A DNA stretch of 64,000 nucleotides, taken from the NCBI GenBank assembly GCA_903813345.2, contig CAIIXF020000001.1, forward strand, positions 20,894,001 to 20,958,000, read 5' to 3'. Made by a program: the position numbers and the translations under genes. Source of the stretch: Owenia fusiformis (lineage: Eukaryota). Shown piece by piece: positions 36,341-48,244 of the stretch (its first letter is position 1; each line of letters starts with the position of its first letter). The notes beneath the pieces are model-generated. The model was not told the origin of the DNA. It ran no database searches and saw only the letters and a list, made by a program, of their open reading frames with translations.

Positions 36341-38458
36341 CTAGACGTACAGTTTCTCAAACATCTCCTCCATGTCAGCAGCATGCCATTCTTCAACGCC
36401 CACGTAAATTTTCTCCCCGCGATCTGTATCATCATTGTCTTCACGATATATATCACCATCGTCTTCGGAGCGAAAAATAAAACCATCGAGCGTATCATTA
36501 GAATTTGAGAACTTAAGGCAACTTAGACAATATCTAATGCACGTAAAATGACGAAAGCAGTGAATCAAAGGGGCAACTACCATTCTCACTTGCCATTCGC
36601 ATTCTAATGCCGCATCTAAATTCTCTATTAGCATCAAGGCATCGCGCCGGGCTTCAAACTGCTCGGTTGTAGCGCTCATTACAGCGATCAACAGGTTAAG
36701 CAATAGTGTGATCACAATAATCACATAGAGCGCATAGAACCCTTTCACAGCTAAAGAAGAATTGAAAAGGAAGTCATCTCCATGTCCATTCATAAGTGTA
36801 AACGTATGCCACATTGACTGAACGAAATCGGCAAATTCTGCTCTGTGTTCGTCAGCCTCGTTGTCATTCACGTGAAGGAAGTAAAATGCATGTGAAAATG
36901 CGAGAAAAACGACCATGTAGACGATAAGGAAATATATGGTGTCCTTCATAATGAACTGGATAGTCATGACGAAGTGACCAATGGCTGGTATGAGCCTCAT
37001 CAGTTGTATGACAGAGAGCATGTTAAAGACCATAGCCAAACACATTATGTTTTGGGTACTGCTTGCCTCTTCCACAGTCAGTATTATTAACATATACGCA
37101 ACAAGGCAGAATGCACGAGAAGTTTGAATACACTTGTGATAGTAGTTTCCGGGGATTTTGGTGACAAACACAGCTTTCATGGACGACTTCATTTTGTAGA
37201 GATCCATATGGAAGTTGAAATAGACCATACTAAGAAACTCTCCAATGTTCAGACCAATAATGAACAGTGACGCACATACTAGTGGGAAATATATTACGAG
37301 ACCTTCTATCAATAAGTGGATTCGAGTGTTACTTGAAAAGACGATCTGTTCCATAAAAATCGTCCCATTGTTTCTTTGAATTACGGGGTTGACATGGAGG
37401 TAAAAGTCGGTAACGTTGTCAATGTATGTTTGCATATTCCCATAGTATCGATCTATGTATCCCAATGTCCACGCACGGATCAAATATACAACCTCGAAGG
37501 TGGTAAAGAACCAAATTGTATAAACGACGGTATACAGCAGGCTGCATATCGACCATATGGTCAATCCAGGCAAGTAGCTTCGGATCTTTATGCGCATCCA
37601 TTGTTTGAATGGTTCAATGGTTATAAGGCTGGCGACGTCTTCTTCTGGCATATCCATTATTCCTCTCATTGCGATGAACTTCAAGGGAGAGTTTTCAAAC
37701 TTCTCCACCTTCTCGTCCTCATATTCGGTTACATCATAGAGTAGGCGTGTATAGTCCTTGTATTGGTAGTCAGTGCTTTTAAAAACATGTTCCGTGTTAA
37801 ATATCGTCTCCAGCATCAACGCTGGTGCTTGTTTGGCTGCATAATCCACCACGCTTAACTGGAGATTGTTTCTCGACACAAGCATGTTCTTCAAATCATG
37901 GGCATCTCGTCCTTTATCCATGTGGTACGCCACGAGTAGTTTATGAGACTCGGACGCCAACTGTGGATGGCTTAAACTAAGGGTAATTATACAATGGAAG
38001 ATATTGTTACCCTTACTATCTTTAACGTTCATGTCAGCTCCTTTGTCCAAAAGAAGTCTTGCCATTGAATGATGTCCACCAAGAATTGCATACGCCAAAG
38101 GAAGTTCGAATTCATAATCATCAATGGTGTCCAAGACCAGTTTCTTGTTGTAAAAAGCATATCCTATAGACTGTAGCAAATAGGAGATCGGCAATATTAG
38201 GGCAATGATTGCCCATGTCACACAAAGGACGACGATGGCTATGGCTTTTCTCCACCATGGAACGCCATCTGAGTCATTTCTAAAATCAGTTTCACCGCCA
38301 TTCAATAAAATATGTGACGTCTTTTTATTAAGTCTTCTCAAAACCTTCTCAATTAGACTCACATCTCCCCCAATTATAGCTCGATAGAATTTTGTTGGTT
38401 GTCTGCCTGTTCGAACATAGTTCTCTGCTTCTTTGACAATTACGTCTTCCATTTTCAT
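36341..38458 (-). CDS. TRPV-like cation channel (ankyrin repeats + 6 TM; TRPV5/6-like or TRPVL-like), single coding exon, 705 aa
   Basis: Ankyrin: LPLAYAILGGHHSMARLLLDKGADMNVKDSKGNNIFH, RNNLQLSVVDYAAK; linker LLYDVTEYE; S4-S5 LMRLIPAIGHFVMTIQFIMKDTIYFLIVY; pore helix FVQSMWHTFTLMNG; S6 LLLNLLIAVMSAT. In-frame TAA shortly upstream of ATG; candidate 5'UTR acceptor at 38693-38694. Confidence 0.92.
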   Translation of the reverse strand: MKMEDVIVKEAENYVRTGRQPTKFYRAIIGGDVSLIEKVLRRLNKKTSHILLNGGETDFRNDSDGVPWWRKAIAIVVLCVTWAIIALILPISYLLQSIGYAFYNKKLVLDTIDDYEFELPLAYAILGGHHSMARLLLDKGADMNVKDSKGNNIFHCIITLSLSHPQLASESHKLLVAYHMDKGRDAHDLKNMLVSRNNLQLSVVDYAAKQAPALMLETIFNTEHVFKSTDYQYKDYTRLLYDVTEYEDEKVEKFENSPLKFIAMRGIMDMPEEDVASLITIEPFKQWMRIKIRSYLPGLTIWSICSLLYTVVYTIWFFTTFEVVYLIRAWTLGYIDRYYGNMQTYIDNVTDFYLHVNPVIQRNNGTIFMEQIVFSSNTRIHLLIEGLVIYFPLVCASLFIIGLNIGEFLSMVYFNFHMDLYKMKSSMKAVFVTKIPGNYYHKCIQTSRAFCLVAYMLIILTVEEASSTQNIMCLAMVFNMLSVIQLMRLIPAIGHFVMTIQFIMKDTIYFLIVYMVVFLAFSHAFYFLHVNDNEADEHRAEFADFVQSMWHTFTLMNGHGDDFLFNSSLAVKGFYALYVIIVITLLLNLLIAVMSATTEQFEARRDALMLIENLDAALECEWQVRMVVAPLIHCFRHFTCIRYCLSCLKFSNSNDTLDGFIFRSEDDGDIYREDNDDTDRGEKIYVGVEEWHAADMEEMFEKLYV

Positions 38459-40072
38459 TTCTTTTTGAAAATATACTTCGGTTTAACTGTCTGTGAGCTC
38501 AGCCTGAATTGCGTGCGGCTGAATGCCAAGTTAGTTTTGTTCCCGTTCTTATATTCTTTCAAGTAGGTCAATTTAAAGTAACTCAATTGAGATGTTCGGC
38601 TTGAATATTTTTGTCATTGTAGTACGATCCCGAAGTACGGTGGAACTCCAAGTTGGTCTCCAATGTCCTCGATCTTGAGATAGCCTTGGTGCCTGCATGT
38701 AGGAGGTAAACTTTCCGAACACAGGCGTTATTTTGAATTTACGGTATCATATATACATTTGGAAATTTTGCATAGCTGAGTACAATATTTGAAGACGCTT
38801 GTCCCCTGGGTTAGTGATTTTCAGCGAGGTCCAAATTAAAACCACTTATTGAGATTTCTTCAAATTCGGAAAATGAAGGTCTGCCTTCTATATATTAGCC
38901 CAATTATGTTCAATTATGTTCTGATCGATTGCTCAGACGATGCAAAGACACATCGTTCTCTAAGGATTTCCGAAATAGACACCAAGTGAGGTGGCTAAAA
39001 AATTGTTTAGTATATTCATGGGCTTTCAACGAAAGCTGCATGTTCACATAGGTCGCTTTCAAGTTACAGATATGCACTGAACGCGTGCCTTTACCAAAAT
39101 AAATAAGTCATTTTTCTGTTATTAATATAATTGTTTCCCGTCTAGGTATGCATATTGTTCACACTAAATCAGATTTCAACGCTGATGTTACTGCTAAATA
39201 ACCATATAACCCAAACGTAAACGACAATAAGCAACATATAAACTCCATAAAGTACGCATATGTTGCATTTTTCTGAACCTCATTTTCTTACACTGGAAAA
39301 AACAGTTTTAGAACACGTTTTATGAGTACACGTAATGCGTTCTTATTATTTTCTAGAATAATCTGATCAGATTATTTATTTATTTTGACATTATTTCTAA
39401 TTGGAACTCATTAAATGAAAATAAATTTTCAGTGATCCGTCGACAGTAGAGTTGTGGTTATTCAGCGATAACACTCAAAACATAATTGAAAGTCACTTAA
39501 AAATAAATCTATATTTACGGTCTCATTAACAGTTGCATTTATGTTATCATAAATCGAGGATTTAAACCGCTGGAAGCCATTAAAGGGAGAATCGGATATA
39601 GAGAGCAATTCGCCTTGAAAATGGTACAATTTTAGTCATCCTTTTAGGTGGTGCCAAAAATACTACACTCCCTACAAGAATAATCTTTCAAGTTATTTTT
39701 TAAAGGAAACTAAAATCAAGGTAAACGCTTTTCTTACTACACTTATGTACTTTCAAAGATAGCAGATATCGCGAAGAATAATCAACAAATTTAATTTTTG
39801 TCTTCATTCGGTATTCATATTTCAAGTTGAACAACCAATTAATAAGTGATTTAGTAAGAAAATACAATGCTTAACTTGGTATTATTTCAATATAATCCTG
39901 TATCATGATTTTGCCTAGCAAGAGCATAAACATCAAACCAGTGAAATTGAAAATTTGGAAGTAGGTATTCATCATAATTCTGTTACCAACGTGTATACCT
40001 ACACTTTTAGGAATATGAAAATAAATTCAAAGGTATTCATTCAATTGTTTTCGAAAAAACGTTTTTGACCAT

Positions 40073-40460
40073 TTTTTCAAACAAATCTACAAGTGGTTAT
40101 CAGAAGCTCAAATCTGAATTTAGATTTGAGATTTGAACTTCAATGACCTTCTCAAGGTCAAGAGTTTTTTTAATTTGCTTCAAATTGACAATTTTTTTCA
40201 ACATCATCTACAAGTTCTAAGAATTTCAAATCTGACTTTAGATTTTACCTTCAATGACCTTCTCGAGGTCAAAAAGGGTCCCAAAATATATTCTTTTAAC
40301 TTGCTTCAAATTGAACTAATGTTTTTTCAAAAACATCTACAAATTCTAAAAGATTTGACCTTTAATGACCTTTTCAAGGTCAAAAATGTCTTTTTTCAAC
40401 TTGCCTCAAAATTATCATTTCAAAATCAACTATAAGTTCTCAGAAGTTCAAATTTGACTT
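40073..40460. repeat. Tandem array of about 3.5 diverged units of 100-130 bp
   Basis: Each unit has atctacaa..., then (g/t)accttcaatgaccttctcaaggtcaa and ttgcttcaaatt variants. Confidence 0.85.
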
Positions 40461-41023
40461 AATATTGAACTCATTATATTGTGAGCAACTAGATGGTGAT
40501 ATTGTGTCATGTTAATGCCTTAATTGTCATGTTATATTATGCCCGAATTATGATCTTTTCCAGCTAACTGACGATTGAACAACTTGTATTTCAGAACTAT
40601 TGTCATGGTCACAAACATTTTTTAAGAGATGTTTCCTTGAACGAAAATCTCAAACTCCCAAGACAGTACTAGCAATCAACATATCACGGTGGTTGGCACA
40701 TCGAAAATCTCAGAATCTGACAATAATCTCTTCCATCAAAATAGTTTTTAACATATTTTATCATGATTGATTTTCTGGGTGTGTTTGAACATTATTTTAG
40801 TTAATATTGTGATTATCTGGAGACACTGGACAGATTTAGTTAGAAATTGTGTCACGATGTTATGAAGGAGGTTCTATAATTACTATTTATTAATCAATTA
40901 ACAAATAAATAAGACTACCGATTGACCCAATTGATTAGAACAGTATGTTTTCGCCCCCCTTGAATTGTTTCAATTTTCACATGGGCTTTGATTAGGCTGT
41001 TTCCTCCTATTGAAGTAAACCTA

Positions 41024-41092
41024 CACTCCCCTCCGTAAGTATGACAACCTTAAGTCCCCTTTGGATCACTTATTTAGGGGTGTTTATGTTTG
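41024..41092 (+). mobile_element. Solo TIR related to the 20209 MITE
   Basis: TA|cactcccctccgtaagtatgacaaccttaagtcccctttggat resembles cactcccctccataagtttggcaaccctaactcccccattggat. Confidence 0.65.
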
Positions 41093-41649
41093 GCGACTTC
41101 AAATAATTTATGACTTAAAATAATAATCAAAGTCATAAATTTCCAAACTATTGTATCGTAAAACATCGTTTTGCGCAAAAATTTTAATACATTTTTTTTT
41201 TAAGACAACTATAACGATCCTTGGCTTTTGATTGAATCTGTTCAGTTCTTCCACATGCGCAATGGTCGATACATTTCCTTGCTTTTACACTACAGTATGT
41301 TAAAGGATTGATTTTATTATTGTGGATTTTGATTTAGATTAAAACGTATAATAGGGTCTTACTTTGAAACAACTCCAAAAAATTTAGCATAGCATTATCA
41401 GCTGATAATCAGTGTTTCATTTAGTGTTATCAAAAAGTTGGTCCAATGCACCCCACGGCAAAAAGAAAGGGAGTCAGGACCAAAAAAGTGTGTCCGAAAA
41501 TTTAAACGCCTGCAAACTCATTACAACGAAAAGAAAGTAGAAAAGGTAAATTCAAGTATTCTTATACATCAATTGTTAATAGCTAGATCACTGGTACTCA
41601 CCTAGTTACGCTGACGCTACGTCAGCGTAACAAGATGGAGGAACTTCCG

Positions 41650-42570
41650 GGGTTTTCGGAAAAGACCGACCCCACCGACCACCGACCGGTCGGTGTTTTC
41701 CACTGGTAGCCTCAAAACAGGGTTTGAAGAAAATGTGTAAAAGACCGACCATATCATGTAAAAGACCGAACATATTTGTAGCTAAGAATATTAATAATTT
41801 GATTTTGAATGTCAATCGTTGGACTAGGCAACGTTTTTTACAGATTTTGTACCTTGCAACGAATGGCAAGCAAACAAATTGGTCATGACCGTCTCCTCTC
41901 GATTAATTGCCCTGCCTTAGGTCCTAACCTATCATCCCGTTTCTACGGGAATCTATCCTAATTTTTTACTGAAATTTAACAATTTCGAAACAAAAATGAT
42001 TTGTTATCGTCATAGCCTACTGAATACTGAACACGATATAATGTTACATGCGTTCTCTTATCGGGATTAAAAGTGACTTACCATTTCAGTACACCATTAG
42101 AAAGCTTTTTTTTGTCATATCAAATATAGTTTCTACCAGTTGACGTTTAACAACTGAGAAATCAAACATAACGTTACGACGTCAACATCGACGATGTTTG
42201 TGTGTTTTTGTTATTGCGTTTCATATGAATGAAGAATGAACGTAATGCAATGTTACGTGCGTTTTTTTTTCCAAAGTGACTAACCAGGATGAAATTGGTC
42301 TTCTAACAACTGAAACATCACTTAAAAATATGACATTACACACCACGACGATGTAACGTTTTCATCGTGATTTGAAATGATACGTTTTTAAATCACGACC
42401 TAGTAAAGGTACTATAGTCATTGGATTCCCAGTTTTAGTTTTACTTCTAATTTTGCATTTTTTCATCTTTATGTAAAAGACCGTCAGCCGACCACCGACC
42501 ACATGTACCCAACTGTGGAGAGTGACTGGTCGGTGGTCGGTGGTCGGCGGTCGGTGTTTTACGAAAACCC
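41650..42570. mobile_element. Mutator-like (MULE) MITE, 921 bp
   Basis: Perfect 9-bp TSD gaacttccg (41641-41649, 42571-42579); TIR gggttttcggaaaagaccgacc / ggtcggtgttttacgaaaaccc; many accgacc subterminal motifs. Confidence 0.9.
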
Positions 42571-45346
42571 GAACTTCCGGGCTTTGCTTTCGATAAGATA
42601 TTTTTATTTCTCGATTCTACACCACTTATAAGTGAAGTTATGGACAATAATTTGGCTCAAAGTTAAGGAAGATAGTCTAGTTTGAGAATATGCAGGCGGT
42701 TCTATGTTTGGTATATTAACGAAGACGCATATTCAGTCCCTCGATTTTGTTACGTTGACGATCTTCATGGATTTTCCCAATGTGACAATATTCATTTAAT
42801 TTCATACAAAAAATGTTCTCATAAACCGTGCACAGAGAGGACAGTTAAGCTGCTCTGGGGTAAAAATGTATGTACTATTTAAGTTTTAGTGTTCTAAGAG
42901 GTAAGATTTTTTTTAAATGCGTTGGGAAAAGTGCGTCCAAGGGACTCATTTCATTTTTTCTGTCCAATATTATATTATGTGTCCATCTAAGTATGGACGA
43001 CATTGATTAAAACGTAGAATTATACATCTACAAAATATTAAAAATCTGCCCACTTGTTATGCTTCAGAAGGACATGAAGGAAGGACGGACGAATGGAGGG
43101 ACGGAACGAAATAGGGCGTTCGATGGGATGATAACTCAATCAGAGGCATACAATAGGAATATGCATTTTTAGACTAGTCTATATCACAGGTAGGGATCAA
43201 ACAGCAGTCTCCGGTAAAAATCGCTGTTATCCGTACAAATTACCGCATGGTCAAGTAAAAAGATATGACAGCTTTTGCCAAAACGAAGGCGCTATGTCCA
43301 TCAACTTAGCTTATTGTCGATAGTATATTCAGTTAGCGGAATGTGTTTTCACAGCATCTATGTCAACTTACTTTGATTGTTTTTACTGTTAAAATGACCA
43401 AAAGTATATAGTACTGTTATATACATTAGTCGAGAATTATTTTGACTACAGTTTTTGTTAAAATCGTTTAGAATACCACAGTTTAGGTTTCTGGATTACT
43501 CACTCTATTGGGATTTAAAACACTTAAGCTTACACTTACCGATGATCTGCGGAAATGCAACTTAATAGACCATAAACAAATCGGATATGATTATTGTAAA
43601 TTGTACTTTGGACTCAGTTTCATGACCTACTTTTTGACCGGATCGATGTGGTTAAATGTACCGATCAAAACGGATTTTACCTGAGAGTGCTGTACTGTTT
43701 AATCCCTACCTGTCTTTACAAATATGTTTATATGGATTGTTCATATTTTTAGATATGATAGATGTCATACTGACAATGCCAATCTCGCTCTCTCATTGTA
43801 AGTTTCATACCTTGGGAAAGATGGCGTTGCACACTGGATTTACTAGACATTTGTAGTTTGGTTAATTCGTATCAATATCCTGGTGGCCACATTTTGGTAT
43901 TTGTTTCTTTTTAGTGCGATTTAAATGTCAATTTCATATTTTATCTGAAAACTGACCGAACTAGCAGTTGGTGGACTACATCAGAAATCGCGATGTATCA
44001 CCCATTATTCCCGACAGTCATGTTCATACAATAGTACAGCTATGCATCACCGACTGTGATTAACGATCATAATCACGCCATATACATAAACAAAAAGACC
44101 AATCAAAGACCGAAGAGTGGAAACTACATCTTGTAAGACAATTTATTGCTAATATATTAATTCAATCTCACATTTATTCAACAGTATCAATCACTCCCGG
44201 TGAGAATATTATTACACTAGAGAGTAACGTAACGTTATACTATGGTCCCTGGCCTACGTTGTTTTTACATTACATACTAATTTTACGTCAAGTATCTGGC
44301 CTCTCTCCCGTCTAATCTCTAGTTTCCCTATTCGACGTAAACATATTTTTATCGCTGGAAGAACAGTTCTTGATGTAACACTAATAACAGCTATAAACTG
44401 AGAGGACGGTTCCCACTAAAATAGTCATTACAAATAAATTCTTTAATATAAACCCAAAACGACGTTCACAAACGTTTGTTTATTCTGACTTAATAGAACC
44501 CTCTCAAGGAAGATGGTGTGCATTTATATTTTCATCTTAATTCACAACGCAACAGCTGCTTCAATTTGTATTATAACATAGAAAGTCGAAGATGCATATT
44601 TTGACACTATTGAGAATCTCGTATATTCAGCCATGTTGCTCCATAATTCATACATTGGACACAAGGATGCAATTGCACGAAAGCTAAGTGTAACGCAGTA
44701 CACATGAGGTCCATCAAAATCAAACTGAACACAGGTTAGTCAGTCCAAATTATCCATATGTACGCTTTTTATATTAGCCAACGAATTGTCTGCACTGTGG
44801 TAACAAGAGCACATTTCATGCATTCGGCCGGAGAGACGTTCAATATCAGGATCATCAATCGCCTTTATGTATCACATATGCGCAATGTTAGATATATGCT
44901 AATGACTCGTAACTTTGGTTGAATTAGAATTGATTATGCAGAATTTCTTAAATCGCTTCCAAATCCTGAAATTGGCACAATTACCATGTTTCTGGACCAC
45001 CTGCCTTGTCTAGATCACGTTACGCTTATCAACCGTGAATTGAGTGTCCTGCCAATGTGTCTCTCTCTCTCTCTGTAAAACACGGGCCAACCATTGAAAT
45101 GGTTTGAATCATTCCACTGCAGACACGTCGACGATGCTATATGGCTTCATTATATGGCAGCCATTCTGGCTCAGTGCGCAAACATAGATGCCAGTGTTAT
45201 CAGTGTTCAGTGACACCTATTGACGTCTTTCTGATACGTCTGCATCATACACACATGACACTACGCCTATTGCGCAGGCGTTTGCTCAAACACCCATATT
45301 AACTGGGGCGACATACATCAAGCTATTCCTAATCTAGTCATCATAG

Positions 45347-45450
45347 TCACGTGTTGGTGGTATTTCTAACCTCGATGTACGTAAAGTTTGTTGGTTGAGC
45401 TATTTTCACTATAGGTGGCGTTGAGGGACTTGGGCTGTTCATCTTGAGCA
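45347..45450 (-). CDS. Putative last coding exon of the small membrane protein gene starting at 59128
   Basis: Strong acceptor (gttaacgttttca, T-run, gcatttcAG ending at 45451); phase 1 matches the donor at 58863; reads (V)LKMNSPSPSTPPIVKIAQPTNFTYIEVRNTTNT*; candidate AATAAA at 44147-44142. Confidence 0.6.
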
Positions 45451-46263
45451 CTGAAATGCAAAAAAATGAAAACGTTAACTAAAGGTCAAAATAGAATGGA
45501 TATTTCACATTCCAACATACACATTATTTCCATATTTAATGGAAACGGAATCTAATTTCAGCGTTATTTTAGTCCCTAAGTGATTAGATTATTAGAAATC
45601 CATAACAGCCTTTCAAAATTTCGAATTCGTAGATCTTGTTACATCCTTCGTGTTAATGCCAGCATCTTGGTCGGGTCGTCAATCGTTCATTTTTTATTTT
45701 CCACTAAGTGAATTTCGACAAAGCGTAACTTCATAAATTTGAGTTAATGTTACAATATCCTGACTGTCTGTACAGCAAATTAAGAGCAATAACTTGTAAT
45801 GGCCCCGGTGTCAGAGTAAATATAGTCTCCCTGACATTTAGTCCGAGGGACCATACATCCTAGAGCCACCTGGGGTCGGGATGTACGGTCTTAACCGGAC
45901 TTTATTTTCTATATTGGTACTATACAATATAACCCACACCTCTTGGAAAGATGACTGAGTTCAGTTCAGTTGATTTAGAATTTGAAATGTTGATACACCT
46001 ACTAAAAGGATAGGTATCGATATGGAGAACTGAATTCAACAATGTTTTTCTCTTAAACCAATCATTGAAAACATTCTGTAAAAAACATGGTATTTTATGT
46101 AATGTTGACTGATTAATGCGAAAATTATTTAGAAATATTTTATATAACTGTTTTTGTTAACATTTTTTGTTTTTTTAGTGCAATTGTTTTTGCTCCTTTC
46201 TACCAATTCTTGAGAATGAAATAAAATGTCTTTTCGAACCTTGTTGGAACAAAATAGCATATA

Positions 46264-47351
46264 CAGGGCGTTCAGTAAGTAAAGCTAATTTTGCTCTCAA
46301 ACTTTTATATCTTGTCTATCATCGTTCAAATTTTCAGTGGAGAAGCATCAGAAACTTTTCTAACTATCCTGAAAATATGATCAAGATATAATGAATAACA
46401 GCAAAATGGTGGTTGTCATAGTAACGCGAATACGGGTTCTGCGGAGCAATTTTATAAGTTCACAGCATAGTAGATTTTGTTAACGTTAGTTTCTGTCCTG
46501 TCTATATTTCAACCATAGTTCTGTGGCTACTCCACATTTCTACTTTCAAGTTAGCATTCTATTTCATGTTCAAAGTAGTTCTCCTAAGCTTTCACACACA
46601 GCTGATGTCGTTCTATCCACTTCTGATATATCCTGTGGAAGCCATCTGGAAAGTTCTTTGTCAGCGAACGTTGAACGGCATCCTGAAGCTCATGGATATT
46701 TGCGTGGATCTTACCACGCAGATCATTTTTCAAACATGAGAATACCCCAAAATCGCACGGTGCCTTGTCAGGAGATTACGCTGACTGGCCTTGAACCTCC
46801 ATCTCCAGCGTTTTCTGGATAGTATCCTGCACCATTTGCGACCTATGCGATGGCGCATTATCTTGATGGAATATGTAGGAGTTGAGAGTCCTATGGGGCC
46901 TCTTCTTGCGAATCGCGCTCACAAGATGGCGCCGCAGCACCTGAAAATGATGATGTCATGGAGCAGTGTCTGATGGATCATTCTGGATCATTCCATCTGT
47001 TGTATCATCTGTCTGTGATGTAATAGGCTACTGTTGCCATGGTATCATATTTGTGTATGTTGTTGTTATGTTTGTCGTGACTTTCAGCCATAGCAAACAA
47101 AGACATATGCAGCATTAATCTTAATCAATTTCATTGCATTATAACATTTTTATTAAAGTAAGAAATTGCTCCGCAGAACCCGTATTCACGTTACTATGAC
47201 AACCATTGTTTTGCTATTATTCATCATATCTTATTTAATTTTTCAGGGTAGTTAGAAAAATGTCAAATGCTTCTTCACTGAAAATTTGAAAGATAAATGA
47301 CAAAAAATAAAAGTTTTAGAGCAAAATTAGCTTTACTTACTGAACGCCCTG
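46264..47351 (-). mobile_element. Internally deleted mariner-family element with about 189-bp TIRs
   Basis: TA flanks; TIRs 46264-46452 / 47163-47351 (cagggcgttcagtaagtaaagctaattttgctct...); transposase remnant inside. Confidence 0.93.
46551..46940 (-). pseudogene. Mariner transposase C-terminal fragment with two in-frame stops
   Basis: VLRRHLVSAIRKKRPHRTLNSYIFHQDNAPSHRSQMVQDTIQKTLEMEVQGQSA*SPDKAPCDFGVFSCLKNDLRGK...QKWIERHQLCVKA*ENYFEHEIEC*. Confidence 0.9.
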
Positions 47352-47559
47352 TACAACATGTTTTTAGACCTCTCAATATTAAAGTTATACAAAGAAATTT
47401 TTGGTTGATTTTACAAAAGTATTCAAAAAATTAAAACAAAATCCCCCCAAAATAGATAAAAATCAAGAAAAAACCTTTATTTCATTAACAAGATACTTTG
47501 TTAAAATCAACCAAAATTTCCTTTGTACAATTACAATATTGAGAGACCTAAACATGTTA

Positions 47560-48244
47560 AAATATACTAATTTATCTAAACATATGCAAAATAATGCAGT
47601 TATGACATCAAAATCAATATGCAAATGAGCTAATTTGCATGAATGTTATTTTCAAAAATGGAAGTTTCTATTCTCTTTAATTTGATACCAATTTCATCAA
47701 AATCGGAGCAATTTCAGTAAAGTTATGCATAAAATATTTTCTGATTATTAACACTAATTTTGTGGTTACTATGGAAACGGGCATTTTAGACACATTTGGC
47801 TCTCTTTTTGTAATTACTTTCACGTGAATCTCAAAACTAAACACTACAAGCTTTCACACGGTACCAAATTCATGAATATGTTCTAACTGTAAATAACTGT
47901 ACTGAAATAAATATACTCATTTATCAAAAAATACGCAAAATAATGCAGTGATGACGTCACAATTAATATGCAAATAAGCTTATTTGCATAATTGTTATTT
48001 TCAAAAATGGGACTTTTAATTTTCTTTAATTTGATACCAATTTCATTAAAATCGGAGCAATATTAGTAAAGTTATGCATTAAAACAATTTTCTGCTTATT
48101 AATACCATGTTTTTGTTGTTACCATGGAAACGGGCGTTTTAGACACATTCGGCCCACATTTCGTAATTGCTAACAAGTGGATCTCAAATCTAGGCACCAC
48201 AAGCTTTCCAACGGTACCAAATTCGAGAATATGTTGCAACTGTA
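47560..48244. repeat. Tandem dimer of a roughly 349-bp unit
   Basis: Units start near 47560 and 47910; shared gcaaaataatgcagt, tgttattttcaaaaatgg, tctttaatttgataccaatttcat, atggaaacgggc, acggtaccaaattc. Confidence 0.9.

Noticed and set aside
37376..38387. Short ORFs overlapping the TRPV-like gene
   Set aside because: Antisense or alternate-frame shadows.
40133..40435. 100-aa repetitive ORF (FNDLL repeats)
   Set aside because: By-product of the tandem array; not a CRISPR either, as units are long, diverged and lack unique spacers.
46523..46973. Plus-strand ORFs of 99 and 60 aa
   Set aside because: Antisense to the mariner pseudogene.
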